A stretch of DNA of 64,000 nt, taken from the NCBI GenBank assembly GCA_963776275.1, contig CAVZMI010000015.1:64001-128000 (forward strand), given 5' to 3'. The notes below the pieces were generated by a model. It was not told the DNA's origin, did no database searches, and saw nothing but the letters and a program-made list of their open reading frames with translations. The position numbers and the translations under genes were made by a program. The stretch is from Ignavibacteriota bacterium (GTDB lineage: Bacteria; Bacteroidota; Ignavibacteria; UBA10030; CAVZMI01). How positions within the stretch are numbered: position 1 is the first letter of the stretch; every line of letters starts with the position of its first letter. Below are positions 10,442 to 19,277 of the stretch, in pieces.

Positions 10442-11473
10442 ATGTCGGCCCAGATGACAATAGAGCGATGTCTCAGATATATAGCAGAGATTACTTCCAC
10501 CCTATCGTCATCGTACCAGGCGGAGCGTGTACTTCATCTCGTGGTTGACCGGCTGGTTCGGATGTACCAGTGTCAAACGGGTGCCATAATTACGATAAAT
10601 CCGCGCACCGAATATCTTCAGATGACCAATGCATGCGGGATTTCACTGACATTTGCCAAGCAGTTCCATCGAACAATCAGTATGGGTACTGTGGCAAACC
10701 TGATATGGACCGGAAGAGTTGTAATGATTCACGATGCCGCAACGGAGCCGGAGAAAGCGGAAGAATTAAAACTCGAGCATTCGTTTTCATCGTGTATTTG
10801 TATTCCACTCACGATCAATCACCGGACTACGGGGTATCTCCATCTCGACAGTTTACAATCCTATGCCTTCAATAGTAACGATCTGCTAATTCTTACGACA
10901 TTCGCCCAGCTTGCGGCAATTGCCCTTGATCGGGCCCGTCTGTACGATGAGGTTCTACGTCTCGAGCGCATTGATCACGAATCGGGCCTTGAGAAATATT
11001 CATTCTTCATTGAACGGCTTCAGGAGTTGATAGAGCGTGCACTTCGGTTCAATGAAACCATGGGGTTGATATTTTTTGATATTGATAACTTTAAAGACAT
11101 AGTCAATACCTACGGGTATGAACAATCATTGAAGTTCATCAAAGAATTCGGAACGCTTATCCGCCGGTCTATACGTCCGATTGATCTTGCCAGCCGTTTC
11201 GGAACCGACGAGTTTATCATTCTTCATCCGAACACTCCGACATCGGTAGTACTTGACCAGGCGGAACAAATCAGAAAACTAGTTGCAGATACAACATTTA
11301 CCGATAAGAGTATCCATACAACAATTAGTATCGGTGTTGGGATTTATCCACACGATGGATCGGATGTTCAGACATTGATGATCAACGCAAAGAATGCGGT
11401 CATTGAAGCACAGCGTTCCGGAAGAAACATGGTATATTATTCACGACGCCCAACATATATCAGTACGAGGTGA
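10442..11473 (+). CDS. GAF + degenerate GGDEF domain protein
   Basis: GAF (CIPLTINHRTTGYL), DIDNFK, RxxD (RPID), active-site loop RFGTDEF. Confidence 0.85.
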   Translation: MSAQMTIERCLRYIAEITSTLSSSYQAERVLHLVVDRLVRMYQCQTGAIITINPRTEYLQMTNACGISLTFAKQFHRTISMGTVANLIWTGRVVMIHDAATEPEKAEELKLEHSFSSCICIPLTINHRTTGYLHLDSLQSYAFNSNDLLILTTFAQLAAIALDRARLYDEVLRLERIDHESGLEKYSFFIERLQELIERALRFNETMGLIFFDIDNFKDIVNTYGYEQSLKFIKEFGTLIRRSIRPIDLASRFGTDEFIILHPNTPTSVVLDQAEQIRKLVADTTFTDKSIHTTISIGVGIYPHDGSDVQTLMINAKNAVIEAQRSGRNMVYYSRRPTYISTR

Positions 11474-11477
11474 AACT

Positions 11478-12107
11478 ATGAAAAAAACAGTATGCATCAT
11501 CCTCATAGCCGGATCGATGCTCTCGATCCTTGGGGGCTGTGGTGTTCAGCGTGAGACTTTTGAACCGGATGTTCTTCCAAAATTACGGGATTACCAGCCT
11601 ATTACATGCTCTTCTCCCCTTTTGAGAAATGATGGTTATTATGCCATGGTCCAGTTGAGTATCGATGAAAAAGGTAATGTCATCCGTGCCGTCCTAATAA
11701 GGAGCACAGGATTACAGGATCTGGATGACTCTATTGCCACGACGGTGAAGCGGTGGAAATATTATCCGGCCGAAGTTCAAGGGAAACCGATTGCTCTTTC
11801 GTTGTTGCAACAGCTCTCAATCCGGTTTGAGCCGCCGGTTCAGTATAGCATGGCCGAGATTGTTGTTTCTACAAGCGCCCTTGCAGATTCAGTTATCCAG
11901 GAAATTGAAAAAGGGGTTGAATTTGAGCAGGTTGCCCGCAAATTTTCACAGTCTCAATCCGCCAGCATTGGCGGGTATCTGGGGGCAATTGAATTAAAGA
12001 ATTTTCGTCCCGATATTTATAATGTTGTACGAAAATTATACCCAGGTGATATATCAACCCCGCTCCTGATCGATCACGGTTACGTCATTTATAAGCGGAT
12101 AAAATAA
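11478..12107 (+). CDS. Lipoprotein: TonB C-terminal domain fused to parvulin/rotamase PPIase domain
   Basis: Lipobox LGGC; IDEKGNV..STG..LD..WKYYPA..GKP; FEQVARKFSQ.SASIGGYLG..GDISTP. Confidence 0.75.
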   Translation: MKKTVCIILIAGSMLSILGGCGVQRETFEPDVLPKLRDYQPITCSSPLLRNDGYYAMVQLSIDEKGNVIRAVLIRSTGLQDLDDSIATTVKRWKYYPAEVQGKPIALSLLQQLSIRFEPPVQYSMAEIVVSTSALADSVIQEIEKGVEFEQVARKFSQSQSASIGGYLGAIELKNFRPDIYNVVRKLYPGDISTPLLIDHGYVIYKRIK

Positions 12108-12109
12108 GA

Positions 12110-12559
12110 ATGAACAATTCTATCAATGAATTCTTGAAGCAGCGTCATTTTGCCGTTGTCGGTGTGTCACGAAGACGGGAAAAATTCGGGAATGCGGTAT
12201 TCCGTGAGATGAAAAAAGCGGGATATGACGTGGTTCCGGTTAACAGAAACACTGACACAATTGATAATACCGAGACATATGCAAGTGTAAATGATGTTCA
12301 ACATCAGATTGATGCCGCAGTTCTGGTGATTCCGCCGCATGAAACAGAGACCGTGTTGCGCCAATGTGCCGAGCGGGGGATCAGGTACGTATGGCTGCAG
12401 AGAGGAGCTGAATCGGAACGGACGATTGCACTCGGACAGAAGCTCGATCTCAATATTATTCATCACGAATGTGCCCTCATGTTCATTCAACCGACGCGAT
12501 TTCCTCATACGCTTCATCGCTGGTTTCATGAACGAATGAGCGGGCATCATCGCGCGTAA
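12110..12559 (+). CDS. CoA-binding (YccU-like) protein
   Basis: AVVGVS..KFG, PVN, VWLQRG motifs. Confidence 0.88.
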   Translation: MNNSINEFLKQRHFAVVGVSRRREKFGNAVFREMKKAGYDVVPVNRNTDTIDNTETYASVNDVQHQIDAAVLVIPPHETETVLRQCAERGIRYVWLQRGAESERTIALGQKLDLNIIHHECALMFIQPTRFPHTLHRWFHERMSGHHRA

Positions 12560-12574
12560 GGTCAGAAGTTGATA

Positions 12575-12610
12575 ATTAAACAGCCCCCGTTGGAATCGGG
12601 GCTGTTTAAT
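12575..12610. terminator. Inverted repeat/terminator between convergent genes
   Basis: Perfect 13-bp stem ATTAAACAGCCCC / GGGGCTGTTTAAT. Confidence 0.75.
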
Positions 12611-13030
12611 ATTCCAAAGCACCCGTATGCATTGTCATTTTCCACTCATTGCCGACTTTTGAGTACACCTTGCATACCCTTCCTTTCCAATGATTTTTAT
12701 TACCATTTTTGTCAATCCAGAGTGTGTCGATGTCTACAACGGCAAACGCGCCATCTTTTTCATTAGAAAGGACTATTTTTTTATTTCACGATTATTATGG
12801 ACTAATGTATGTGTATTAAATAGATACAGCCACTCTTTCATCCATCGTTCCTTATTAAATTTTCCTATTACTAATTCCCAACTCATGGGATTGTGCGATC
12901 TGGACGTTTTAGGCTAGGGCCATACCATATACGGATGAAATATCGATATTAGTAAATTCACATCCTGAGTATCCCACGCTTTTGTTTCTCTGTTCACAAT
13001 TTCTATTATTTCTAATTCCTCTTTTGTCAT
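12606..13030 (-). pseudogene. Disrupted NTF2/SnoaL-like protein missing from the ORF track
   Basis: Manual translation MTKEELEIIEIVNRETKAWDTQDVNLLISIFHPYMVWP*PKT...AFAVVDIDTLW...KVGNEWKMTMHTGALEY; one in-frame TAG plus a -1 indel in the A7 run near 12780. Confidence 0.7.
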
Positions 13031-13125
13031 GCCGTTGCAATCAATAATAAGTTGAAGTCAGAATTCTATATTGTAATCGGAGATTTTAAATTTCTGAATT
13101 ATACCGATTTCTTAATTCTCAAATG

Positions 13126-14064
13126 CTAAATAAACCGTTCACGGAGTTTGTTCCACCAATTAAAAAGTTTCGGTGCCGACCATATTGTAAAGATCATAAG
13201 TAAAGCGCCAGCTATGAGATCGATGACATAATGGTATCGCAGATAAACTGTAGAGATGATTAGAAGCGATCCCATTACTATCACCACCCACCGGAAACGA
13301 ATCCGGTAATGGAGTGAAAGATACATTACAACCAGTGTTAATTGCGTATGTCCGCTTGGAAAGACATCACGCTGGACATAGTCAACCGGATTGTGAACAT
13401 GCGAAGGAATCGACTCTCCAAGATTAATGCAGCCACGAAGAAATTCTGTGAGCCATATTCCGGGGAGCTCGACGTTCAGCGATTGAAAATCATGCAATGT
13501 AAATCGCGGACCTACTGACGGAAGCGTCAAATAACCGAGATACGAGAGATAAAAACCATAAAAAATGCAGAAGAGAGCAAATGAGAATTCCAAAAACCGT
13601 CGCTCCCTGTAAAGCTCGTATCCGAGAAAAATGAGCAGAAAATAGTATGAAGCATAAGCGATCTGAAGAATCTCGGTTATAACCGGATGGGCAAAACTCA
13701 TCAGCCATTGTGTTGGATTAACCCCGAACATTGCATGGTCGATTGAAATAAGCATCGCATCATAGTCTCTTCCCAGATGAATGGCGCGGTTCATGAAATA
13801 GATCTCTTTGAAAACAAGAATAAGAATAAGGACGGCATACCACCCGTGAAAGAATTGAAGAAGCCTTACCTGGCGATGACTGTGATATGCAATCCAGATA
13901 ATTGCCGCGCTGACAAAGATATTAATAATGATAAGAATCCACCATTCCACAATCCGCGATGCAAAGATGATATTGATACACGACAGAAATGTCAGGAAAA
14001 ATATTGTAACGCTGTCACCGGCATAAAGACTGGAAGTGTACCGGCGTAACTGAGTTTGTGTCAT
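13126..14064 (-). CDS. PAP2-family phosphatase / inositolphosphoceramide-synthase-like membrane protein
   Basis: PSVGPRF, FPSGH, TVYLRYHYVID motifs; multiple TM helices. Confidence 0.85.
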   Translation of the reverse strand: MTQTQLRRYTSSLYAGDSVTIFFLTFLSCINIIFASRIVEWWILIIINIFVSAAIIWIAYHSHRQVRLLQFFHGWYAVLILILVFKEIYFMNRAIHLGRDYDAMLISIDHAMFGVNPTQWLMSFAHPVITEILQIAYASYYFLLIFLGYELYRERRFLEFSFALFCIFYGFYLSYLGYLTLPSVGPRFTLHDFQSLNVELPGIWLTEFLRGCINLGESIPSHVHNPVDYVQRDVFPSGHTQLTLVVMYLSLHYRIRFRWVVIVMGSLLIISTVYLRYHYVIDLIAGALLMIFTIWSAPKLFNWWNKLRERFI

Positions 14065-14909
14065 ATTGTCCGTTCTCTGCGAATCTTGTTTATTTCCCTT
14101 TTTACTAGAGCATGCCCGTTCACTCCCAATGAAATAAGCGAACGTGTCAAACCGACAAAATCTACAGCTGTCAATGCTTCCGGCCGGAGATCCAGATCGT
14201 ATCCGCAGGCTTTGAGAATCGCCTCATTAATGCCAAGAGCTTTAAGTCCGTTTCTGAGCGTTTTCCTTCGTTTTCCAAATGACCCTCTCACAATCTGGCG
14301 AAACACAAATTCCTCCTCCGATCCCTGTGAGAGCTGCGGAAAAAAGGTTAACCTTACAATCGCAGAATCCACCCGTGGCTTCGGGTAAAATGCGTTCGGC
14401 GACACGGAGAAGAGTATTTGCGGGGCTCCCACATACTGACAGGTAACAGAGATTATTCCGTACTGTTTCGATCCTCGCGATGCTGTCAGTCGTTGTGCAA
14501 CCTCCCGCTGCATCATCATCTGGATATCCTTGATTACCTGACGATGATCAATCAAATAAAAAAGAATCGGCGTTGTAATGTAATAAGGAATATTCCCGAT
14601 GACACGGAGGGGAGAATGATACTGCGCAGAGAGTTTTTCGAGATCGACATTCAGGATATCGGCATGAAGAATTGTCAGCGATTGATGCCGCTGCAGGCGT
14701 GCACGCAAATATTCAACGGCACGCTGATCGATCTCGACGGCAACCACATGACGTACACGCGGAATCAGGAGACCGGTCAGAATGCCTTTACCGGGCCAGA
14801 TCTCAACAACAACATCGTCCGATGAAGGAGACATCACATCGACAATCTTACGGGCGATGTTCGGATCGGTAAGAAAATTTTGTCCGAGAGATTTTTTTGG
14901 CTGAAACAC
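14061..14909 (-). CDS. rsmA: 16S rRNA A1518/A1519 dimethyltransferase
   Basis: KKSLGQNFL, NIPYYIT, PKPRVDS; SAM motif reads EIWPG instead of EIGPG. Confidence 0.93.
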   Translation of the reverse strand: MFQPKKSLGQNFLTDPNIARKIVDVMSPSSDDVVVEIWPGKGILTGLLIPRVRHVVAVEIDQRAVEYLRARLQRHQSLTILHADILNVDLEKLSAQYHSPLRVIGNIPYYITTPILFYLIDHRQVIKDIQMMMQREVAQRLTASRGSKQYGIISVTCQYVGAPQILFSVSPNAFYPKPRVDSAIVRLTFFPQLSQGSEEEFVFRQIVRGSFGKRRKTLRNGLKALGINEAILKACGYDLDLRPEALTAVDFVGLTRSLISLGVNGHALVKREINKIRRERTI

Positions 14910-14915
14910 GAACAA

Positions 14916-14944
14916 AATATAGCAATATGAAGCAAGAGAAGCAA
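14916..14944 (-). promoter_or_regulatory. Promoter of rsmA (probably leaderless)
   Basis: TTGCTT-N17-TATATT, 6 nt before GTG. Confidence 0.6.
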
Positions 14945-15009
14945 TGAATGACTAAATAGACTCTATCAGATTTGTCCAAAAATAAATCACAGAAAGAGCA
15001 AGAGTAATT

Positions 15010-15294
15010 TGTCCCTTTCTTTCTGGAAAGAAAGGGACAGAAAGAAAGCCTGACAAAATCGCAACCCACATGAGATGGCCTCCAGCACGCGCTGTTGAGA
15101 GGGCACATTCAAGTCCGTCGATCTCGGCCTTTAATCTAAGAAATATTCAATTGATAGCTTTTATAAGCCTCGATCTCCGCCAAAGGCGGATCTGCCTCAC
15201 CGTATTCTATGGCGTGGCAGAGAAACGCACGAAATTGCGCCAACACATGGCCCCCCTTCTTCCTCCCGCCAAAGGCGGGACCAGCGATTTTGTC
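15010..15294. repeat. Composite palindromic element (triplex-like motif, 11-bp inverted repeats, two REP-like hairpins)
   Basis: 14-bp stem 15010-15039; GACAAAATCGC (15052) / GCGATTTTGTC (15284); CCGCCAAAGGCGG at ~15177 and ~15266. Confidence 0.65.
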
Positions 15295-15470
15295 GCCAAG
15301 GAATTATTTATTTGAGGAGATTATCAACTAATAATAATATATTTTGGAGAGCACTGAGACCGTATCTCTGAGGATCCATTGTATCCTCCTCGTCTTCCCC
15401 GTACAATGTAATATAAGAAACCAGAGAGGATATCATGAACATGTAAATTGTTATTTAATTTACTCAATAT

Positions 15471-16043
15471 TCAAATTCGTTTAAAGGGAACACGGTCGAT
15501 ATATTTGACTTTTTCAGTATCGACCCGTACGGTGTCGCCTGTTTCGACAAAATGAGGCACAAGAATTTCGACTCCGTTTTCCAGCGTAGCAGGTTTCATT
15601 GTATTGTCCTGCGCTTCCCGGATGCCCGGCCCTGTGGAGGCAATTTTCAACTCGACGACTTTCGGAAATTGAACCGCTACCGCCCCTTCGCCAAGAAGCT
15701 CGACCGTGATTTTCATTCCTTCATTCATAAACTTTTCGAGGTGGCCGATAGACTCTTTCGGAACGCTGACTTGCTCGAAAGTTTGTGAGTCCATGAAATA
15801 ACATGCCTCGGTATCGGCATATAAAAAATCCATCTGGCGTTTTATAAGTTCAACAGATTCAAATCTATCGGAATGTTTAAAACGGCGGTCTGCGAAATGG
15901 CCAAAGCGGATGTCTTTCAGCTTGAGTTCGATGAAGCCGTGCATCTGGCCGCTACCGGCATGACGAATAACCTCAAGGACTTTGTACAATTTTCCGTCGA
16001 GTTGAAGAGCCATTCCTTCTTTAACATCCTCAGCGAGAACCAT
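15471..16043 (-). CDS. efp: Elongation factor P family protein with non-canonical loop
   Basis: Three-domain EF-P pattern (FLYAD..FMD.TFEQ, KPATLENG, VP.FVETGD); GGAGG RBS; loop HAGSGQMHG instead of KPGKG. Confidence 0.88.
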   Translation of the reverse strand: MVLAEDVKEGMALQLDGKLYKVLEVIRHAGSGQMHGFIELKLKDIRFGHFADRRFKHSDRFESVELIKRQMDFLYADTEACYFMDSQTFEQVSVPKESIGHLEKFMNEGMKITVELLGEGAVAVQFPKVVELKIASTGPGIREAQDNTMKPATLENGVEILVPHFVETGDTVRVDTEKVKYIDRVPFKRI

Positions 16044-16091
16044 TTTGATCCTCCATTTATATTACGGGGGCGTGGAACGGGGTGATGGTGA

Positions 16092-16120
16092 AATCTACCC
16101 AATGGCCGCTTGAATGTCAA
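16092..16120 (-). promoter_or_regulatory. Promoter of the efp-like gene
   Basis: TTGACA-N17-TAGATT. Confidence 0.65.
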
Positions 16121-16267
16121 GTAAAGACCTTGTCGGACTATGTATTTGCTATTTTGGAGGTCTTATCTAGGCAACCTGAAAGTGCAGAAAGGACACGGAA
16201 GTAATAATGTATAAAAACATTTTTATTTAATACGATCTTTTTTAAAAACTCTTTGTATATTCTCTTC

Positions 16268-17497
16268 ATGGACACGCGTACAATTTTTCTCGTTGATCTC
16301 GATGCATTTTTTGCATCGGTCGAGGAGGTTCGCAACCCGGAGTTGAAAAATAGAGCGGTGTGCATCGGCGGAAATGCGCACGAACGCGGTGTGGTGGCTT
16401 GTCCGAACTACACCGCCCGGAAGTACGGAGTAAAAACCGCTATGCCGTTAAAAACTGCTGCTGTTCTTTTAAACAACACCGATGCAGTTTTTCTCCGTGG
16501 AAATATCCGTTTATACCGGGAATATTCTAAAAAAGTCTTTGACATTCTATACCAATTTACTCCAGATATTCAGCCGATGAGTCTTGATGAAGCATATTGT
16601 GACGTAACGGAGTGTCTTCATTTGTGGAGTAATGATTCCGAAGCGATGGCAATTGCAATGAAGGAACAGGTTAAAAAAGAACTCTCATTAACACTTTCAA
16701 TCGGAATTGCATCGAATAAAATATGCGCGAAAATCGCGTCTGATCTGGGAAAACCCGACGGACTTATATTGGTACCGGCAGGGAAAGAGGTGGAATTCCT
16801 TGCTCCGCTATCTGTCGAGAAGCTCCCCGGTGTAGGGAAACGAACGCATGAAAAACTTCTTAGGTATGGTGTGCGAACAATCGGTGATCTGGCACAAATG
16901 CCGGAAGGCAGGCTCACGAGGCTTTTTGGTGCTGTCGGCTGCCAGCTTCATCGCCACGCCCTCGGTATCGATCAGCGTATCGTGCACGAACCGGACGAGG
17001 AGAAATCGATTTCCCGTGCGACCACTTTTGAAACCGATACTCATGATCAGGAATTTATCGAATCTGTTCTTTTTTATCTTGTTGAGCGTTGCTGTCGGAC
17101 ACTTCGCCGGCGGAACGTTGCTGCACAGACAATTTCGGTTTATGTCCGCTTTGCCGATTTTACACATCACAATCAGCAGTGTTCCCGTCAAGAGGCGACA
17201 AACATCGAAGAAGAAATCTATACAGAAGTGCAGAAACTTCTTCCATCACTGCTTAATACCGGCAAGCTTGTTCGCCTTGTCGGTGTCGGTCTTTCAAATT
17301 TTATTCCATCGATGATGCAAACCGATCTTTTCAGCGGGCGTTCTTCAAAACTTGTTTCGCTCCGGCAGACAATGGATGCAATCCGTGAAAAATACGGATA
17401 CCAGATCATTACCGTCGGCCGCACGGCGGAGTTAAAGAAGCGATATAAAGAAACCAAAGAGGGTTTTGAACTTCACACCCCTTCTCTTTCACGATAA
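16268..17497 (+). CDS. dinB: DNA polymerase IV (Y family)
   Basis: VDLDAFFASVE, SLDEAY, KIASDLGKPDG, clamp-binding QTDLF. Confidence 0.93.
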   Translation: MDTRTIFLVDLDAFFASVEEVRNPELKNRAVCIGGNAHERGVVACPNYTARKYGVKTAMPLKTAAVLLNNTDAVFLRGNIRLYREYSKKVFDILYQFTPDIQPMSLDEAYCDVTECLHLWSNDSEAMAIAMKEQVKKELSLTLSIGIASNKICAKIASDLGKPDGLILVPAGKEVEFLAPLSVEKLPGVGKRTHEKLLRYGVRTIGDLAQMPEGRLTRLFGAVGCQLHRHALGIDQRIVHEPDEEKSISRATTFETDTHDQEFIESVLFYLVERCCRTLRRRNVAAQTISVYVRFADFTHHNQQCSRQEATNIEEEIYTEVQKLLPSLLNTGKLVRLVGVGLSNFIPSMMQTDLFSGRSSKLVSLRQTMDAIREKYGYQIITVGRTAELKKRYKETKEGFELHTPSLSR

Positions 17498-17668
17498 TGA
17501 AATGTCTTCAACAGGATTATAAATACGTACAGGAACTTGAGAAACATTCGCCCTAGAACGAAGAAGAAATACCCTCCCTATGCGGTCCCGAGGAAGAGGC
17601 AGAAAGAAACAAAAAAGGTACAGATTGAGCACAATTTTACGATAAAGACCATACAAAAGCGTACTAGC

Positions 17669-17719
17669 AGCACCGGTGCTATAACGTTCCTTGACTTTCA
17701 AGATCGATTTTAATATTAT
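17669..17719 (+). promoter_or_regulatory. Promoter with upstream 12-bp palindrome
   Basis: AGCACCGGTGCT (17669-17680) then TTGACT-N17-TATTAT (17691-17719). Confidence 0.55.
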
Positions 17720-17755
17720 AATCATAACCTTTATCAAAAGGAGAAAGGTTCAAAC

Positions 17756-17989
17756 ATGAGTACATTGAACGATAACGAACATGCACCATCTTTGCCTGTA
17801 CAAACGGAGATTGAAAAGAGTTACTCTGAAATTGTTCAGAAAGGAAAGGAACAGCAGCCCGGAATTAACGAACTCTTAGAACTCTACGGACAATTTCAAA
17901 ATGGGTTTAAGTTGAGCCAGTATTACCTTAGACTAACACAACCGATATTTAAGACCCCTACGTCAAACACATCTTCTCCTCTAACATAA
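17756..17989 (+). CDS. Small hypothetical protein (77 aa) coupled to the downstream protease
   Basis: AAAGGAG RBS region, own promoter, TAATG stop/start overlap. Confidence 0.7.
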   Translation: MSTLNDNEHAPSLPVQTEIEKSYSEIVQKGKEQQPGINELLELYGQFQNGFKLSQYYLRLTQPIFKTPTSNTSSPLT

Positions 17990-18962
17990 TGCCTACGTGG
18001 GGTCAAATTCTCACCGAGTTACAGGCCGAACAAGAGCTCACAAAGCAGCTACCATTTGATTCGGTTCGGAGAAAATATCTGGCCGTGCTTTATCAACGCA
18101 CAGGTCGTCCTATATCCTCTATGCAACGAAGTGGACACAAGCGGGTCTTATGGGTATGGATCCCGCAATAGTGAGTATCAACGACGAAGATATTCAAGGA
18201 TTAATGGAGGTTATTTATGGATTAAAGGGACGAGCTCTCGACATCATCCTGCATAGTCCAGGTGGTTCTGCCGAAGCAGCTGAAGCAATTGTCACTTACC
18301 TTCGTTCCAAGTTTGACGACATACGAGTGATCGTTCCACAAGCTGCAATGTCAGCAGCGACGATGGTTGCTTGCGCGTCCAACCGTATTGTGATGGGAAA
18401 GCACTCCTTTATTGGCCCAATCGATCCTCAGTTCATATTACAGACACCGATCGGTATCCAAGCAGTACCAGCCTATGCAATCTTAGACCAATTCAAGCTT
18501 GCACAAGAAGAATGTAAGGATCCACAGCTCCTAGGTTCTTGGCTCCCCATTTTAAACCAGTACGGTTCAGGATTGCTTGTTCAATGTAAAAATGCCATAG
18601 ATCTCGCGGAAGAACTAGTGGAGAAATGGCTTCACGCTTATATGTTCGAAGGAAAAACTCCAAATCCTTCCTCGTCAATCGCGAAAAAGCTTTCATCGCA
18701 TAGAGAGCTCAAGAGCCATGGTAGACATATTTCCATTTCCATAGCCAGAGAACTCGGCCTAACAGTCGATGCCTTGGAGGACAATCATGCCTTTCAAGAA
18801 GACGTCCTATCCGTTTACCATGCTACAATGCACACTTTCAATGGTACCCCTGCAGTCAAGATAATTGAGAATCACATCGGTCGAGCATTTGTAAAATTAC
18901 AGCAGATCTCAATACAACCACCCGTTCTTAAACCGAATCCGCCAGCTCCCCCGGATCAATAA
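17989..18962 (+). CDS. SDH-family (ClpP/crotonase fold) serine protease; single frameshift near 18112
   Basis: LHSPGG, AMSAAT (Ser), GPIDPQ (Asp), SHGRHI (His); restoring 1 nt joins MPTWGQIL.. to ..ILYATKW. Confidence 0.85.
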
Positions 18963-19191
18963 ACACAACAGTACATTGTATCCAATGTATAAACAGTGTA
19001 AAGATTCCACTGACAGGTTTCCGTCGAGAATTACCGGCTCCGATTGACCCCATCCTCTGGGGATCAGAAATATATAGTGAGTAAGCCCCGGAGGTACTCA
19101 AATGTAATATACCTCTTGCCTTCCCGATCAATCCTTCGTATGTTTTCCCCGAAGCAGAATAAGTAAAAAATCAGGTTCTTGGATGTTTTTA

Positions 19192-19207
19192 TGGCATATT
19201 TGTTGCA
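19192..19207 (+). promoter_or_regulatory. Sigma54 (-24/-12) promoter
   Basis: TGGCAT-ATTTG-TTGCA, correct spacing, 70 nt upstream of ATG 19278. Confidence 0.7.
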
Positions 19208-19277
19208 TGAAACATCCGATTTAAATAAAATTCTCAAATTTTGGCCTAATTATAAAGAATTATGATTCAGGAGTAAT

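Noticed and set aside
12914-12916. Stop-codon reassignment or pyrrolysine readthrough at the in-frame TAG
   Set aside because: TAG ends many genes at their expected lengths here (pta, sigma54 activator, glgP, permease); a single case in a gene that also has an indel
16044-16267. LexA box or imuABC mutagenesis cassette around dinB
   Set aside because: No recognisable SOS palindrome and no imuA/dnaE2 neighbours
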